Assembly: GCA_951813075.1 (NCBI GenBank) | Contig: OX638343.1 | Span: 1,688,739-1,752,738 of the forward strand | DNA length: 64,000 bases | From: Arenicellales bacterium | Lineage (GTDB): Bacteria; Pseudomonadota; Gammaproteobacteria; Arenicellales; JAJDZL01 | Direction of reading: 5' to 3' | In this document: in pieces, positions 21,980-31,871 of the stretch | Layout: the number at the start of each line of letters is the position of its first letter | Numbering within the stretch: the first letter of the stretch is position 1 | The notes under the pieces: model-generated | What the model was told of the DNA's origin: nothing | Seen by the model: only the letters and a program-made list of their open reading frames with translations | Databases searched by the model: none | Made by a program: the position numbers and the translations under genes

Positions 21980-23182
21980 CTATTTGTCTCTTTTGATTCC
22001 GAGCGAGTCGAATACATCAATCAGAGCAGCCACCAACTCCTCGATCATGTCATTGGTGTGTAACGGTGTCGGTGTAATTCTCAGCCGTTCCTGTCCGACC
22101 GGAACGGTCGGGTGGTTTATGTGCTGTACAAAAATTCCATGTTCGTGCAGCAGTTTATGGCTGGCCTCGCGACACAGATTGGCGTCGCGCACCATGACCG
22201 GAATAATGTGAGTGGGGGTTTCCTTAAGTGGCAGGCCCTCTTCCCTAATTCTAGACTTGAGTGTGTTTACGTTACTATGGAGTGCGATTCGAAGACCCAC
22301 GTTCTGCCTGACATGTCGAATACTCGCCAAAGCGCCGGCAGCTGTAGCAGGTGTCATTGCCGTTGTAAAAATAAATCCGCTACCGAAACTTCGGACGTAG
22401 TCAACCAGCAATGAGGTTGAGGCGATGTACCCTCCGATCAGACCAAACGCCTTCCCCATCGTCCCCTGAATGATATCGACCCGATCTGAAACGCCATCCC
22501 TCTGTGCTACACCACCACCTGATTCGCCATACAAACCAACAGCATGGACCTCGTCCAGATACGTCAGTGCGTTGTATTTTTCTGCCAAGTCACAGATTTC
22601 CTTAATGGGGCCAATGTCGCCATCCATCGAGTACACCGATTCGAATGCAATCAGCTTGGCGCGATCCGCATCAACACTCTCCAGTAATTCTTCGAGATGG
22701 TCTAAATCGTTATGCCGAAATATATGTCGCTCACATTTACCGAAACGGACGCCTTCAATCATTGACGCATGATTCAGGGAATCGGAAAAAAGCACCATGC
22801 CGGGGATTCTCCCGAGCGTACTCAATGCAGTGGAATTTGTGACATATCCGGAGGTGAAAACCAAAGCAGCTTCCTTGTTGTGCAGGCTGGACAACTCGGC
22901 TTCGAGTTCGACGAGAGGATGACTGGTACCGGCAATGTTTCGGGTACCTCCGGCTCCAGCACCTATTTCCCTCACAGTATTGCAGATAGCGTCCGCCACA
23001 TCCCGATGCTGACCCATTCCAAGGTAGTCGTTGTTGCACCAGATAGTGATCTCCCGACCAATCGAGTGATTGGTAGCACGAGGATATTGTCCTGCGTGTC
23101 GTTCGAGATCGGTGAATTCGCGATAATTTCCCGCTGCTTTCAATTGCTCGAGGGAATCAGCAAAGACCTTATCGTAGTCCAT
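21980..23182 (-). CDS. hemA: 5-aminolevulinate synthase (Shemin C4 pathway)
   Basis: [56 protein letters not shown] (PLP Lys), [14 protein letters not shown]. Confidence 0.92.
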   Translation of the reverse strand: MDYDKVFADSLEQLKAAGNYREFTDLERHAGQYPRATNHSIGREITIWCNNDYLGMGQHRDVADAICNTVREIGAGAGGTRNIAGTSHPLVELEAELSSLHNKEAALVFTSGYVTNSTALSTLGRIPGMVLFSDSLNHASMIEGVRFGKCERHIFRHNDLDHLEELLESVDADRAKLIAFESVYSMDGDIGPIKEICDLAEKYNALTYLDEVHAVGLYGESGGGVAQRDGVSDRVDIIQGTMGKAFGLIGGYIASTSLLVDYVRSFGSGFIFTTAMTPATAAGALASIRHVRQNVGLRIALHSNVNTLKSRIREEGLPLKETPTHIIPVMVRDANLCREASHKLLHEHGIFVQHINHPTVPVGQERLRITPTPLHTNDMIEELVAALIDVFDSLGIKRDK

Positions 23183-23305
23183 TAAATCTCAATCCGTGTC
23201 TGAAATACATAAAGATACTCAATCGGTTTGATTATAACGAACGCCAAAAGTGCATATGAATTTCTACTTCGCTGGAAAGTGGGCAATCCACTCACAGACT
23301 CATCT

Positions 23306-24163
23306 CTACCCAGTCTTTTTCCTACCAAACACCAGCACCCAGTTGTCTTCGTAGTTCACATCGAGATCGAATGCATCCTCATATTCTTGCTTTATCTGCT
23401 TCATCTGTGAGCGCAGGATTCCGGACATGACCAACCAGCCGTCATCGTACACCAGCGTTTTCAGAGTTTCAGAAAGTTCCAGCAATGCGTCAAGATGAAG
23501 ATTCGCCAAAACTACATCGGCGCATATATCGGACGGAAGATTGCTTGGATGAATCGCCATGAAGCGAAACCCCATGTCATTTCGATCGGCATTGTCAGCA
23601 CTCTCATCAAGCGCATCTTCGTCTGTGTCAACACCCCACGCGAATCGACAACCGAGTTTCAATGCTGACAGCGCAAGAATTCCGCTTCCGCAACCAAAAT
23701 CAACCACTTCACAATCATCAAGTCGATGATTGGTAAGGAACTCGATGCACATTCTGGTGGTTGGGTGATGTCCGGTTCCAAATGACAAACCAGGATTAAT
23801 CGTCACCGTTTCGGTCACAGAAGAATCGGATTTGTGCCACGGTGACATGATCCACAATTTATCGTTGATCAGGATTGGCTTGAACCGGTTCTGCGACTCC
23901 CTGACCCAATCCCGACCATGTAGAGTTTCCTGCTTGATTTGAAACTGATCGTCGTCCCTTCTGAGTAGTTCCAGATTGCTGAAAAGCAACTCCAAATTCA
24001 GTTCATCCAATTCATACAGTGCAGTGACAGTAGTGCGATTATCGTCGTTCGGAACCAAGACTGATACAGAACTGGCGCCGAATTCTTCCAAGATTTCTGA
24101 TACGCTGTCGGACAGACCGCAGCCGCAACTGACCGAAACACTATTCAAGTCCGAATTCTTCAC
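23306..24163 (-). CDS. prmA: 50S ribosomal protein L11 methyltransferase
   Basis: PGLSFGTGHHPTT, DFGCGSGIL; directly follows accC. Confidence 0.92.
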   Translation of the reverse strand: MKNSDLNSVSVSCGCGLSDSVSEILEEFGASSVSVLVPNDDNRTTVTALYELDELNLELLFSNLELLRRDDDQFQIKQETLHGRDWVRESQNRFKPILINDKLWIMSPWHKSDSSVTETVTINPGLSFGTGHHPTTRMCIEFLTNHRLDDCEVVDFGCGSGILALSALKLGCRFAWGVDTDEDALDESADNADRNDMGFRFMAIHPSNLPSDICADVVLANLHLDALLELSETLKTLVYDDGWLVMSGILRSQMKQIKQEYEDAFDLDVNYEDNWVLVFGRKKTG

Positions 24164-25512
24164 GAACTCGTCTGCTTCGCAATAATACGCTCAAGAAAAT
24201 TGATATCTGTCGCGCCGCGCTGGAATTTCTTCTTCGTAAGAACATTCTGGTGCAACGCTATCGTCGTTTCGACTCCATCGACCACCAATTCCTCCAACGC
24301 GCCTCTCATTCGAGAGATCGCTTCGGTACGATCCTGACCATGGGTGACCACTTTGGCAATAAGCGAATCATAGTGGGGTGTAATTTCGTAATTGCTGTAG
24401 ATGTGTGAGTCGACACGGACACCGGGACCACCTGGTGGATGATAGCGAACGATCCTGCCCGGTGACGGCATCAGAGTCTCGGGATGTTCGGCATTGATCC
24501 TGCATTCGATCGCGTGGCCGTCAATCCTGATCTTGTCCTGTTTAAGAGACAGTGTCGCACCGCCAGCGATTCGAATCTGTTCCTTGACGATGTCAATACC
24601 TGTCACCATTTCAGTGACAGTGTGCTCCACCTGCACCCGCGTGTTCATCTCGATAAAGTAAAACTGACTGCCATCGAACAGAAATTCGAAAGTGCCCGCA
24701 CCCGTGTAAGAAAGTTCCTTGCAGGCGGTCACACACTGCTGGCCGAGTCTTTCTCGCAATTTTTTGCTGACATCAAATGCCGGTGCTTCTTCGATCAGTT
24801 TCTGTCGGCGACGCTGGATCGAGCAGTCGCGATCACCGAGATGTACGGCATTCCCATATTGGTCTGCCAGAACCTGAATCTCGATGTGTCGGGGGTTGTG
24901 CAGAAATTTCTCAAGATACAGGGTCGAATCACCAAATCCCATTGCCGATTCGTTGACAGACATGGTCAGTGCAGACTGCAATTGGGATTCGTTCTCCACA
25001 AGACGCAGCCCCTTACCGCCTCCACCGGCAGCCGCCTTGATCAGTACAGGATATCCAATCCTCTGTGCTTGCGCCTTGATCTGCTCGATATCATCTCCCA
25101 AGGGCCCTCCCGAACCGGGAACGCACTGCAGGCCGACTCTTTCCATCGTACGGATCGCTTCAATCTTGTTACCCATGGTACGAATTGCCTCAGGTGACGG
25201 TCCGATAAAAGTGAAACCACTTTGCTCCACCCTTTCGGCAAAATCCGAATTTTCTGCAAGAAATCCATAACCGGGATGTATGGCATTGGCATTTGTCACC
25301 TCTGCCGCAGCGATCACAGCGGGAATATTCAGATAGCTTTGCGTTGCTGGCGCCGGACCGATACACACCGACTCATCGGCCAGTTTGACATATTTCGCTT
25401 CGCCGTCTATATCGGAATGCAGCGCCACTGTGGATATGCCAAGATCGCGACAAGCGCGCAGAATTCTAAGCGCAATTTCGCCGCGGTTGGCGATGACGAC
25501 TTTTTCAATCAT
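24160..25512 (-). CDS. accC: Acetyl-CoA carboxylase biotin carboxylase subunit
   Basis: IANRGEIALR, HPGYGFLAEN, EMNTRVQVEH, ECRINAE. Confidence 0.97.
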   Translation of the reverse strand: MIEKVVIANRGEIALRILRACRDLGISTVALHSDIDGEAKYVKLADESVCIGPAPATQSYLNIPAVIAAAEVTNANAIHPGYGFLAENSDFAERVEQSGFTFIGPSPEAIRTMGNKIEAIRTMERVGLQCVPGSGGPLGDDIEQIKAQAQRIGYPVLIKAAAGGGGKGLRLVENESQLQSALTMSVNESAMGFGDSTLYLEKFLHNPRHIEIQVLADQYGNAVHLGDRDCSIQRRRQKLIEEAPAFDVSKKLRERLGQQCVTACKELSYTGAGTFEFLFDGSQFYFIEMNTRVQVEHTVTEMVTGIDIVKEQIRIAGGATLSLKQDKIRIDGHAIECRINAEHPETLMPSPGRIVRYHPPGGPGVRVDSHIYSNYEITPHYDSLIAKVVTHGQDRTEAISRMRGALEELVVDGVETTIALHQNVLTKKKFQRGATDINFLERIIAKQTSS

Positions 25513-25961
25513 TCTCTTAAGAGAAAAATCGCTTCACCGAATTCCACGGGATCGTGGTCTTCTTTCAGTACCTTGACAATCGTTCCGCTATGTTCTGCTT
25601 CGATCTGATTGAAGATTTTCATCGCTTCAATCAAACACAGGGGATCTCCGACATTGACGCTGTCGCCCACACTCACAAATGGCGGATCTGTCGGAGAGGC
25701 GGCGGCGAAGAAAGTACCGACCATCGGCGACTTGACTGCGAAAGTATCGTCTTCATCCGGATCCTCAATCTGAATTTCTCCCGGGTCAGGAGGTGATACA
25801 TGGACATATTCCGGGTTGACACCTGACACTTGTGCCGGTACCGTTGTGATCGTCGGAGTTCTCGTGAGTCGGATGGAATCATCGCCTTCGCGAATCTCAA
25901 TCTCGCTGAGCTTGGAGGCGTTGAAAATTTCGATTAATTTACGAACCTTACGCAGATCCAT
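25509..25961 (-). CDS. accB: Biotin carboxyl carrier protein
   Basis: MDLRKVRKLIE, SPMVGTF, EAMK biotinylation motif. Confidence 0.97.
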   Translation of the reverse strand: MDLRKVRKLIEIFNASKLSEIEIREGDDSIRLTRTPTITTVPAQVSGVNPEYVHVSPPDPGEIQIEDPDEDDTFAVKSPMVGTFFAAASPTDPPFVSVGDSVNVGDPLCLIEAMKIFNQIEAEHSGTIVKVLKEDHDPVEFGEAIFLLRE

Positions 25962-25964
25962 GAC

Positions 25965-26420
25965 TCACCCCGCTGTCTGTTGTTCTTGCAAATATCTCAC
26001 AGCCGCCTGCAAAGCAAAATCGTAGCCTTGTGCACCCAATCCGCAGATCACGCCTTGCGCGATGTCGGAAAAATACGAATGATGACGAAACTCCTCGCGC
26101 TGGAAAACGTTGGACAGGTGAACCTCGATAAAGGGAATTTGCGAGGCGATCATCGCATCCCTGATCGCGACACTGGTATGCGTGTACGCCGCCGGATTGA
26201 AGACAATAAATCGCACATCTTCGGCGGTGGCTTCCTGCAACGCATCCACGAGCTCGTGCTCAGCATTGCTTTGCTTCGCTATGACCTCATGCCCGGCTTC
26301 GTGCGCAATCTGTGCAGCTCGTTCATTGATTTGATCGAGCGTCACCCGCCCGTAAATCTCAGGCTCGCGGGTACCCAGGAGATTCAGATTGGGACCATGT
26401 AAAATAAGAATTCTCGGCAT
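25965..26420 (-). CDS. aroQ: Type II 3-dehydroquinate dehydratase
   Basis: [38 protein letters not shown]. Confidence 0.97.
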   Translation of the reverse strand: MPRILILHGPNLNLLGTREPEIYGRVTLDQINERAAQIAHEAGHEVIAKQSNAEHELVDALQEATAEDVRFIVFNPAAYTHTSVAIRDAMIASQIPFIEVHLSNVFQREEFRHHSYFSDIAQGVICGLGAQGYDFALQAAVRYLQEQQTAG

Positions 26421-26544
26421 TCGAACAGGTCGTTACTTTATACAGAAATCGGTAGGATTATACTAATTTTATTTGCAGTTAATTATATTTTCGGCGATTT
26501 TAGCAACATTTTGCCGAAAATACAGTTTAATGGCTGGTCTGGAA

Positions 26545-27078
26545 TTACTTGATCAGTTTCTGCAGATCCTCCTCCGCCAGCGGACCTTCATGCGAAAACA
26601 GTCGTTCACCCGTCTGGCTGAATGTCACCGTATACGGTAAAACACCGTCGTCGTTCCCGAGTAACTCCATTATCTCGTTAGTCACGTCCATTTGGGCGAT
26701 GATCGATGGAAACTGGATTTGATTGGATTGAAGAAAATCTTTCGCGGCCTGTTCCCGATCGACGACAACGCCCACGACTCGAACACCCTGTTCACCATAC
26801 TCTGCATTGAACCGATCCAGAAGCGGCATCTCGGCAATGCATGGTGGACACCAGCTGCCCCAGAAATTCAGCACCACTGTCTTATTTTTCCAGTCATCTA
26901 CCCGGATTGACGCCTCGCTGTTGATCGATCTCCAACTGCTCTCGTATTCGCGAAGATCGTCGATTTCGCCTATTGTTGGCATTGACGATGCGTAGCGCTG
27001 CCACACCACACCCGCGGCCAGTGCCGTCAGAGCAACGGTGACAATCGTTGCCACCACGATGAGCTTTCTTCTATCCAT
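26545..27078 (-). CDS. TlpA-family membrane-anchored thioredoxin
   Basis: N-terminal TM, LNFWGSWCPPC..EMP, LPYT; TGATG overlap with the dsbD stop. Confidence 0.9.
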   Translation of the reverse strand: MDRRKLIVVATIVTVALTALAAGVVWQRYASSMPTIGEIDDLREYESSWRSINSEASIRVDDWKNKTVVLNFWGSWCPPCIAEMPLLDRFNAEYGEQGVRVVGVVVDREQAAKDFLQSNQIQFPSIIAQMDVTNEIMELLGNDDGVLPYTVTFSQTGERLFSHEGPLAEEDLQKLIK

Positions 27079-28997
27079 CAAGACAATCGTATATCAGTTG
27101 CCGTTATGGCTAATTGCTGTACTGCTGCGAATTGTGAAAGTGGCTGCATTACGTCGCGGTTACCCATCACACCACCTATCAACGACAGCGCGCCCCAGAA
27201 CACCAGAACAAGGCCCAGTCCTTTCCACAACAATCTCCAACCACCCGGATTATCGGGCAGTTCCTGGGTGGCGCCGAGAAACACGCCAGTAACGATAAAC
27301 AGCACCGCCCAAAGTACCAACACAGGTACTTGAGGGATGTTGCCAAGAAGATAAATCGCAACCGCGAGAATCATGACCCCCATGAACTGCTTGAGCCGGT
27401 CCATCCACGGACCTGCTTTTGGCAGCACAACACCAAAACCGAAGCCGATCGCAATCAAAATCGCACCCATTCCAAGTGCCATAAACGCCATCATGGCAGC
27501 ACCGAGATACGGGTCCGCCTTGGCAATTGCGATTCCCAAGACTGAAATAAGCAGGGGTGATACACAGGCACTGACAACAAGCGCCGATATCAAGCCGAGT
27601 ACGAATACCGCACCGGCCTTGCCACCACCGATTTTCATGGTGCTTTCCTGAACCCGCGATTCCAACGCGCTCGGCAGCCGGATCTCATAAAAACCGAACA
27701 GTGACAAAGACATCAGAATGAATACGGCACTCATGATACTCAGCGCCCACGCGTTCTGAAAATAAGCCTGCAACTGATCCCCGGTCGCGCCGGCGACCGC
27801 ACCGACAACTGCATAGGCGACGATCGTACCCGATACATAGATAATTGACAGAATCCCACCACGCACGCCTGCGTTCGACGCATCGCTGCCCACTATGATG
27901 GAAGACAGTATGGGAATCAATGGAAGCACACACGGTGTGAATGTCAGGAGAATTCCTGTCCCTAAAGCTGTTACCAGAAGCCACCAGATCGCGCTGGCAC
28001 CGGAAATGTCCCCACCGAACCCAGCATCTGATGGTGATGAGGTATCGGCGCTGGCCGTCTGGATCAGTGAAGGCAAGCGGATGTCAAATGTCTTGGTCAC
28101 CGGGGGATAACAGATCAGATCCTTGGCGCATCCCTGATAGGTCGCGGTAAGCAGCAGTTTGCCAGGATTCGGGCTGGAACGAGTCAGCGGGATCCTGACA
28201 TCGAAATTTTCCGGGTAGATATAAGTCGGACCAAAAAATTTGTCATCCATGAGTATGCTTTCTGGCAATTCCGGCTGCTGGCCCATCGCGTCACCAGTGA
28301 TATCGAATACCAGCTTGTCGCGGTACAGGTAGTAGCCGGGAGTTACATCGAATGCGGCCAACAAGCTCTCCCCCTCCACCTGCCAGACATTAAGGACAAA
28401 TGCTTGATCAACGTCTAATAAATTATCAGCAGTAACCACCGGCATGTTCGAAAACAGGTTCTCGAGGGCATTCGGTTTGGATTCGCCAGACAATTGTGCG
28501 AGCTGAGACTCTTGGTTTGCGTCCGTTACCGCGGTATTCTGGGATTGCGCTGCGGAAGCAGTAGAAATGAACGACAGCAGTTTGGTCACTTCGTTCTTGT
28601 TCGGCGGATAGCACACACCAATGGGCTCGTTACAACCTTGTGACCATACCTCGAGCTTGGCGGTACGGACAGCATCATCCGCGGTGATGGGAATACGGAC
28701 CTCAGCGCGTCCGGTATAGATCGTGACCTCACCAAATAGCGGGTCATCTTTCATCGTACCGGGTGGAAGAATCAACTCACCGAGCTGAACACCATCAGTC
28801 TGGGATACAGCAACGAACTTGTCCTGGTACATATAGTACCCATCCGCGATATTCCATACCGCAACCAGCTCATCGCCTTCCAGTTCGCTGCTGAACGCAA
28901 ACGCCTCCTCTGGAGGAAGCAGTTCATCGTCGGTTTGCCCGTGCGATACAAAAGCAACCATAAAGATCAGCAAACCTGTAATTAGTCTTGCAATCAT
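27078..28997 (-). CDS. dsbD: DsbD-like disulfide reductase with two alpha domains and no gamma domain
   Basis: Two repeats of LL..E/D.AF...GYY.Y.DK...QGC...CYPP; TM domain FTPCVLP and SACVSP; ORF ends soon after the last TM without a CxxC thioredoxin domain. Confidence 0.85.
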   Translation of the reverse strand: MIARLITGLLIFMVAFVSHGQTDDELLPPEEAFAFSSELEGDELVAVWNIADGYYMYQDKFVAVSQTDGVQLGELILPPGTMKDDPLFGEVTIYTGRAEVRIPITADDAVRTAKLEVWSQGCNEPIGVCYPPNKNEVTKLLSFISTASAAQSQNTAVTDANQESQLAQLSGESKPNALENLFSNMPVVTADNLLDVDQAFVLNVWQVEGESLLAAFDVTPGYYLYRDKLVFDITGDAMGQQPELPESILMDDKFFGPTYIYPENFDVRIPLTRSSPNPGKLLLTATYQGCAKDLICYPPVTKTFDIRLPSLIQTASADTSSPSDAGFGGDISGASAIWWLLVTALGTGILLTFTPCVLPLIPILSSIIVGSDASNAGVRGGILSIIYVSGTIVAYAVVGAVAGATGDQLQAYFQNAWALSIMSAVFILMSLSLFGFYEIRLPSALESRVQESTMKIGGGKAGAVFVLGLISALVVSACVSPLLISVLGIAIAKADPYLGAAMMAFMALGMGAILIAIGFGFGVVLPKAGPWMDRLKQFMGVMILAVAIYLLGNIPQVPVLVLWAVLFIVTGVFLGATQELPDNPGGWRLLWKGLGLVLVFWGALSLIGGVMGNRDVMQPLSQFAAVQQLAITATDIRLS

Positions 28998-29259
28998 TTT
29001 GGTGTGTGTTGATGCGGTGGAATCGCGGTGCAATTCATGGCAATAGGGTGTTGTGTTTTTTTGAGGCGCGCGCAGTTGCTGCAATGGAATCTATGAAATT
29101 ATAACGACCCGATTGGAACCCTCGTACGCACTTAAAAATTACGTGTCTCTATTGTAAACCCAAAAATCGGATTTCTTATTCAGAGACGATTAATTGTGAG
29201 CGGATACTGTTCGTATTCGCGCCAGACTCATTTGAATTTGTTCAGTTGCTTTAAATAAT

Positions 29260-29278
29260 AATAATGATTATCATTTTT
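29260..29278 (+). promoter_or_regulatory. Fur box
   Basis: AATAATGATTATCATTTTT, 16/19 match to GATAATGATTATCATTATC, upstream of the DUF4856-like gene. Confidence 0.75.
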
Positions 29279-29313
29279 ATTATCATATTAGGAAATAACT
29301 TTGGAGTCTTCAG

Positions 29314-30720
29314 ATGAAATTCAAAACAATGCTCACACTATTTTTCGTTGGAACTTTGCTGCCAGCGCTCGCCCAATCGGAATCAGAGGTTTATATGAAC
29401 TTTCCGATTACCGTGAAAGGCTATGCCGGAGATAAAACAGATTCGGCTTCGTATTCCGGACAGATTGCCAGACACTTGCTGCACAATTCGCTCAAGAAAC
29501 TTGCCGGCAAAGGCAACGGCGAGCCGAATGAGGAACTAAAAGCAAAGATGATGGCCTACTACGCTGGAACGGACGAGGGACGGGAGATTCTCGATCCGAA
29601 ATCGAAAGATGGGTTCGCCATCAAACAGACGATGATCGACGAAATTTCCAAAGGCAAGGAGCTGAAGGGGAAAACATACAAAGGTGCGGTCAATAGCTGG
29701 CCCGGTTACATGACCGGACCGGAAGTGCTCGAGTTCTTGATCGACAAGGCGTCATCTGCGAATAAGGGATACGACCCGATTACCGGGTATGACTACGGTC
29801 AGTTGATATCCAAATTCATGATGGGCGCTGTGTTCTACAACCAGGCGGTGGACAATTATCTTGACGAGAGACTGACGGCGGATAAAAATCCCAACGACAA
29901 ACCGTACAAGGAAGGACGCCACTATTCTGGAAAAGAACACGTGTGGGATGAGGCATTCGGGTATTTCGGCGCACCGGCGCATGCAATCGATCTGGAAGCA
30001 GATCAGGCGTATAGCATCGCCAAACGCAAACCCGACGTCATGGCCGCAGCCGACCATAACAGCGACGGTGTAGTCGACCTGAAGACCGAAATGACCTACG
30101 CACACGCCTACTATGCAGCTGATGCGGACAAGGGTGGGAAGACCAGTTATCTTTCAGACATCACAGGTGCATTCATAGATGGACGCAAATTGATCACTGC
30201 AGCAGACAGCAACGCCCTCACCGACGCTCAGCGCGCCGAGCTGATGACAATTGCCGATACGATCAAGATGAAATGGGAACAGGTCATCGCTGAAGCGACG
30301 TTCAAGTATGCAGGTTCAGTTTACAAGGATCTGCAGAAATTGATCGCCATTGTCGAAGCCAACGGCGATGTCAGTGACGCGTTTCGCGCCTATGCAAAAC
30401 ATTGGGGAGAATTGAAAGGATTCTCGATGGCGCTGCAGACATCAGGAAAAGATCTGGGTGAAACAGCAGTTAAAATCAATCGTCTGATTGGTTTCAGCCC
30501 GGTCCACCTGGACGGAAACCAGGTCACCGGAATTGACGGCAATGGAAACTACATGACCGCAAGCGGTTCCTCCATGGCGGAATACATGGTTCATATGGTC
30601 AAACTCCAAAATCTGCTCGGCGACGCATTCAATCTGACCAAGCGCAAGAATGATGCAACTTCGCAACTTGCGGACCTGATTGAGTCGGTCGGTGCATCCA
30701 AAGGTGCTGAAACGGACTGA
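29314..30720 (+). CDS. Exported DUF4856-like (imelysin-related) iron-regulated protein
   Basis: Signal peptide; SYSGQIARH, QLISKFMMGAVFYNQAVDNYL, EHVWDEAFGYFGA, KHWGELKGF; Fur box upstream. Confidence 0.75.
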   Translation: MKFKTMLTLFFVGTLLPALAQSESEVYMNFPITVKGYAGDKTDSASYSGQIARHLLHNSLKKLAGKGNGEPNEELKAKMMAYYAGTDEGREILDPKSKDGFAIKQTMIDEISKGKELKGKTYKGAVNSWPGYMTGPEVLEFLIDKASSANKGYDPITGYDYGQLISKFMMGAVFYNQAVDNYLDERLTADKNPNDKPYKEGRHYSGKEHVWDEAFGYFGAPAHAIDLEADQAYSIAKRKPDVMAAADHNSDGVVDLKTEMTYAHAYYAADADKGGKTSYLSDITGAFIDGRKLITAADSNALTDAQRAELMTIADTIKMKWEQVIAEATFKYAGSVYKDLQKLIAIVEANGDVSDAFRAYAKHWGELKGFSMALQTSGKDLGETAVKINRLIGFSPVHLDGNQVTGIDGNGNYMTASGSSMAEYMVHMVKLQNLLGDAFNLTKRKNDATSQLADLIESVGASKGAETD

Positions 30721-30790
30721 TTCCTGCAATTTGCGGCTGATAGCAGTTCTGACTCTACTGACGAATACCAGACTGGAGTGATCGCGCGAC

Positions 30791-31798
30791 ATGCCTGGCG
30801 ACAACATCATTGTAGGCATAAGCCAGGAAATCTTGTCGGTATTCTTCGACCCGCTCAAGCGAGTGTATTGGGTCTATCTGCTATCAGCGGCTGCGGTCGC
30901 CTTTGTGTGGCTCAAATTCCGCAGAAATCTGTCGTTTTTTTCGGCGATTCGAAAAATTTTCTCAAAAGCCAGTTGGTGGAACACATCTGCACGAGCGGAT
31001 TATTGTGTGATGGCGGTCAACAGCGCGCTGATGTCCGTCATTTCGCCGAAGTTACTGGGACAGACCGCAGTCGCATATCTGGTATTCGAGTGGATGCATA
31101 CGCTTTTTGCGGGGCGACCGCAGACGCTGGAATACCTTCCCCAATGGGCCATGATGGCGGCGTTCACTGTCATTCTGTTCGTACTGGACGACCTGGCGCG
31201 CTACGTCGTCCATCGAATGCTGCATCGCGTTCCGGTGCTTTGGGCATTTCACAAAGTCCATCACAGCGCCACCGCTCTTAATCCGCTCACTGTTTTCAGG
31301 ATGCACCCGGTTGAGGGCGTAATCTTCGCGATCCGCGGCGCATTGGTACAAGGCATTACGATTGCAGTGTTCGTTTTCTTTTTCGGCAGCAAGGTTCAGC
31401 TCCTTATGGTATTCGGGGCTGGTGTTTTCAATTGGATGTTCAATGCTTTTCTTGCAAATCTTCGACACTCGCATATACAGATCGGATTCTGGAAACCGGT
31501 GGAGCGGGTATTCATCTCGCCGGCCCAACATCAAATTCACCATTCAATTTCGGAGCACCATCACGACAAAAACTTCGGGGTCGCATTGGCCATCTGGGAC
31601 TGGGTCTTCAATACGCACTGTCACTCCAACACACAGGAGAAATTGGTATTTGGACTTTCAGCAGAGTCCACAGAAGAAAGCCATCGCCTCTCACTGCTTT
31701 ACATTCAACCATTTCTTGAAGCATTCCGCACCGCGACATCACCAATCAGACGATTACGCGAAGTTCGCAAAACTGCTACGCAAAACAGCCTCCCCTGA
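30791..31798 (+). CDS. Sterol desaturase/fatty acid hydroxylase family protein
   Basis: His boxes HRMLH, HKVHH, HSH, HQIHH; TM segments; KNFG..LAIWD. Confidence 0.88.
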   Translation: MPGDNIIVGISQEILSVFFDPLKRVYWVYLLSAAAVAFVWLKFRRNLSFFSAIRKIFSKASWWNTSARADYCVMAVNSALMSVISPKLLGQTAVAYLVFEWMHTLFAGRPQTLEYLPQWAMMAAFTVILFVLDDLARYVVHRMLHRVPVLWAFHKVHHSATALNPLTVFRMHPVEGVIFAIRGALVQGITIAVFVFFFGSKVQLLMVFGAGVFNWMFNAFLANLRHSHIQIGFWKPVERVFISPAQHQIHHSISEHHHDKNFGVALAIWDWVFNTHCHSNTQEKLVFGLSAESTEESHRLSLLYIQPFLEAFRTATSPIRRLREVRKTATQNSLP

Positions 31799-31826
31799 TG
31801 GACTGAAATTGGTTGATATTCTTATA

Positions 31827-31845
31827 AATAATGATTATGATTATC
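31827..31845 (+). promoter_or_regulatory. Fur box
   Basis: AATAATGATTATGATTATC, 17/19 match, upstream of the Fe3+ ABC operon. Confidence 0.8.
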
Positions 31846-31871
31846 AATCACAAATTTCATGAGGGCATGTT

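Noticed and set aside
24484-25608. Long plus-strand ORFs opposite accC, and similar shadows elsewhere
   Set aside because: Antisense to conserved genes, with no independent motifs
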